A stretch of DNA of 63,132 bases, counting the filler, from Octopus bimaculoides (taxonomy: Eukaryota), in assembly GCF_001194135.2 (NCBI RefSeq). It is 7 parts of 6 records of this genome, joined end to end, with 100 filler letters (N's around TTAATTAATTAA, not from the genome) between each part and the next. Parts side by side here need not be neighbours in the genome. Positions count along the whole stretch, not along the records: positions 61,065 to 63,132 come from NC_068989.1; 6 more parts are not named here. One strand, 5' to 3'. The translations under genes and the position numbers were made by a program. Below the pieces are notes generated by a model that saw nothing but the letters and a program-made list of their open reading frames with translations, was not told where the DNA came from and made no database searches. Within the stretch, counting starts at the first letter, position 1. Each line of letters begins with the position of its first letter. Below are positions 61,472-63,132 of this stretch, piece after piece.

Positions 61472-61760
61472 AAAAAGAGAGAAAATAGAAAGCTGACAAT
61501 GCGGAAAGTTTTATAAAACCTTTATATTTCAGGCGCAAAGGACCATCTTCAGAAGAAAAACATTCTGGGAAATGTCCAGTTATGCAGGTTCCGTTAACTC
61601 ATTCAAATTCCCTGCTACTACATAACGTTAGAGAATTTGAATGGGTTAACAGAACCTGCATAACTGGACATTTCTACTGAAGATGGTCCTTTGCGCTTGA
61701 AATATAAAGGTTTTATAAAACTTTCCGCATTGTCAGAAGCTGTCTATTTTCTCTCTTTTT
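61472..61760. repeat. ~290-bp palindrome with ~135-bp arms containing hammerhead-like cores
   Basis: aaaaagagagaaaatagaaagctgacaatgcggaaagttttataaaacctttatatttc... is mirrored by ...gaaatataaaggttttataaaactttccgcattgtcagaagctgtctattttctctcttttt. Confidence 0.92.
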
Positions 61761-62949
61761 ATCTTCATCGATACACACACACACACACACGTACAGATAT
61801 ATAAACGCATGTTATATCAGTGTATGTGTATATGTAACTATATATACAACCAGTTTTATGAAAATACCAGCAGTATGATGCTATAATCGGTAAGGAATGA
61901 TAACTGAGAATGATCCCAAAGTGGAGAAGAGTGCGTTACAACGCTATAAAAAACAATGACAGACATTTTGTGAAACAGGGAAGAAAACAGTGCTTGACAT
62001 AAATATCACACCATATAATAATGATATAGTCATAAGAACACGATATCTATGAGCAGCAACAGATGAGAAAGTTCTTAACCGATTGCTGCAGGTTTTTGGC
62101 TTCACATATGTACGAGTAATTGTTGAGGTAACTAAACACCAGCAGTCACAACAGCAGCAGCAGAAGCAGTAGCTTTCTTCTATCACTGAAGCTAAGATAA
62201 ATATATTTTGCCTTTAAAATAAAAAAAAGTTATTTAGATCTAAACTTGATTGGAGGCATTACTTACTCTCCTATAACGTTGCTACAAATTTTGATGTAAA
62301 TTTTTTTCTACTGAACCAAATCTTAATCTTTTTTATACCAAAATGTAGCTAGGGACCAGTCCTCTTCAAAGATGTTAACAGTTTTCAATTTGAGTAAGAA
62401 CTGAATTAGCGACAAGCTCTGGAAGATGCTGTATGTGACACACAACATCGAACACGTACACAAGGCTGCGCTTATAGGCGTAAGAGAATATATTCTCATC
62501 AATTTGCCTGATAGAAAACCTAGAAGTCATGGACAAGTGAGATAACTCGCATCTGGTCCCATTCAGGAGCGACAGACATCGAAGTTTCGTCATTTTTGTA
62601 ACTATTTATTCTATATCCTTCCAAAATTTCTCCCAAGCGCTACCCATTATAATGCATCTTGGCCTAACGGCCCTTAATGTTTGTCTTCATCGACTGTTTA
62701 CATTGTACGTCCACCTAAAACGAGGCCCGATGTAAGCTAACCTACTGTCTATGATTTTATAGAAAATAGTTGAAGAACCATCTACTGGTACCAGTAGATG
62801 GTAGATACCGCTTTGAAGTGTTTAGTCTAACTAATCAACCCCTGTACGTATTTTCTTTAAAGCCAGGTATTTATTATATTGCTCTCTTTTGCCGAACCGC
62901 TATTACAGTGACGTAAACGTGCTGCGACAAAAAAAAAAAGCACTCTGAG

Positions 62950-63132
62950 TATAACCGGTGACCGGTAATAAAGTTAGGAAAAAAAACGTCACGGTAATAG
63001 TCACAATTTTGGCGAGGAAAAAAAGTCACAGTTTATGGTGGCCGGTAATAAAGTCACAGGAAAAAAAGTTACAATTAATTTATGGGATCCGGACAAAACC
63101 TCCCTAGGACAAAACCCCCTCCCCGGAGAAAA
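62950..63132. repeat. Cluster of short repeated motifs (ggtaataaagtcacag; ggacaaaaccccc), probably a DNA-transposon terminus
   Basis: The motifs recur 2-4 times; the element runs off the window end. Confidence 0.4.

Noticed and set aside
62340-62660. Possible Helitron helicase remnant (GPVLFKDVNS...; QALEDA)
   Set aside because: Similarity is too short and fragmentary to support without a profile search.

Overview
This is AT-rich, microsatellite- and transposon-dense eukaryotic DNA with many assembly gaps. The repeat families look like those of an octopus genome; I infer this from recalled SINE families and have not verified it. I can support only one host coding feature: a single 132-nt minus-strand exon (52562-52693) with clean splice sites, whose translation matches the middle of nucleoporin NUP85. 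The rest is mostly mobile DNA. It includes two Tx1/L1-clade LINE relics, several Penelope-like element (PLE) relics, at least five R4/Dong-like restriction-like-endonuclease LINE fragments and an RTE fragment. DNA transposons include a decayed but end-to-end piggyBac with TTAA on both sides, two DD37D (maT) Tc1/mariner deletion derivatives and MITEs. There are also four to five tRNA-derived SINE families and a 39-bp tandem array. Two signals stand out. (i) About ten minimal type I hammerhead-ribozyme-like motifs from at least seven unrelated repeat families occur here, several in outward-facing palindromes. (ii) A 3.2-kb composite (34436-37640) has ~380-bp hammerhead-bearing inverted repeats enclosing head-to-head Tx1 ORF2 and ORF1 fragments with the same junction on both sides. 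This may indicate a Tx1 family that targets, or is fused to, a ribozyme-bearing repeat. Six 100-bp N44-TTAATTAATTAA-N44 spacers are assembly artefacts and limit long-range inference. Repeat boundaries were placed by eye and are approximate.
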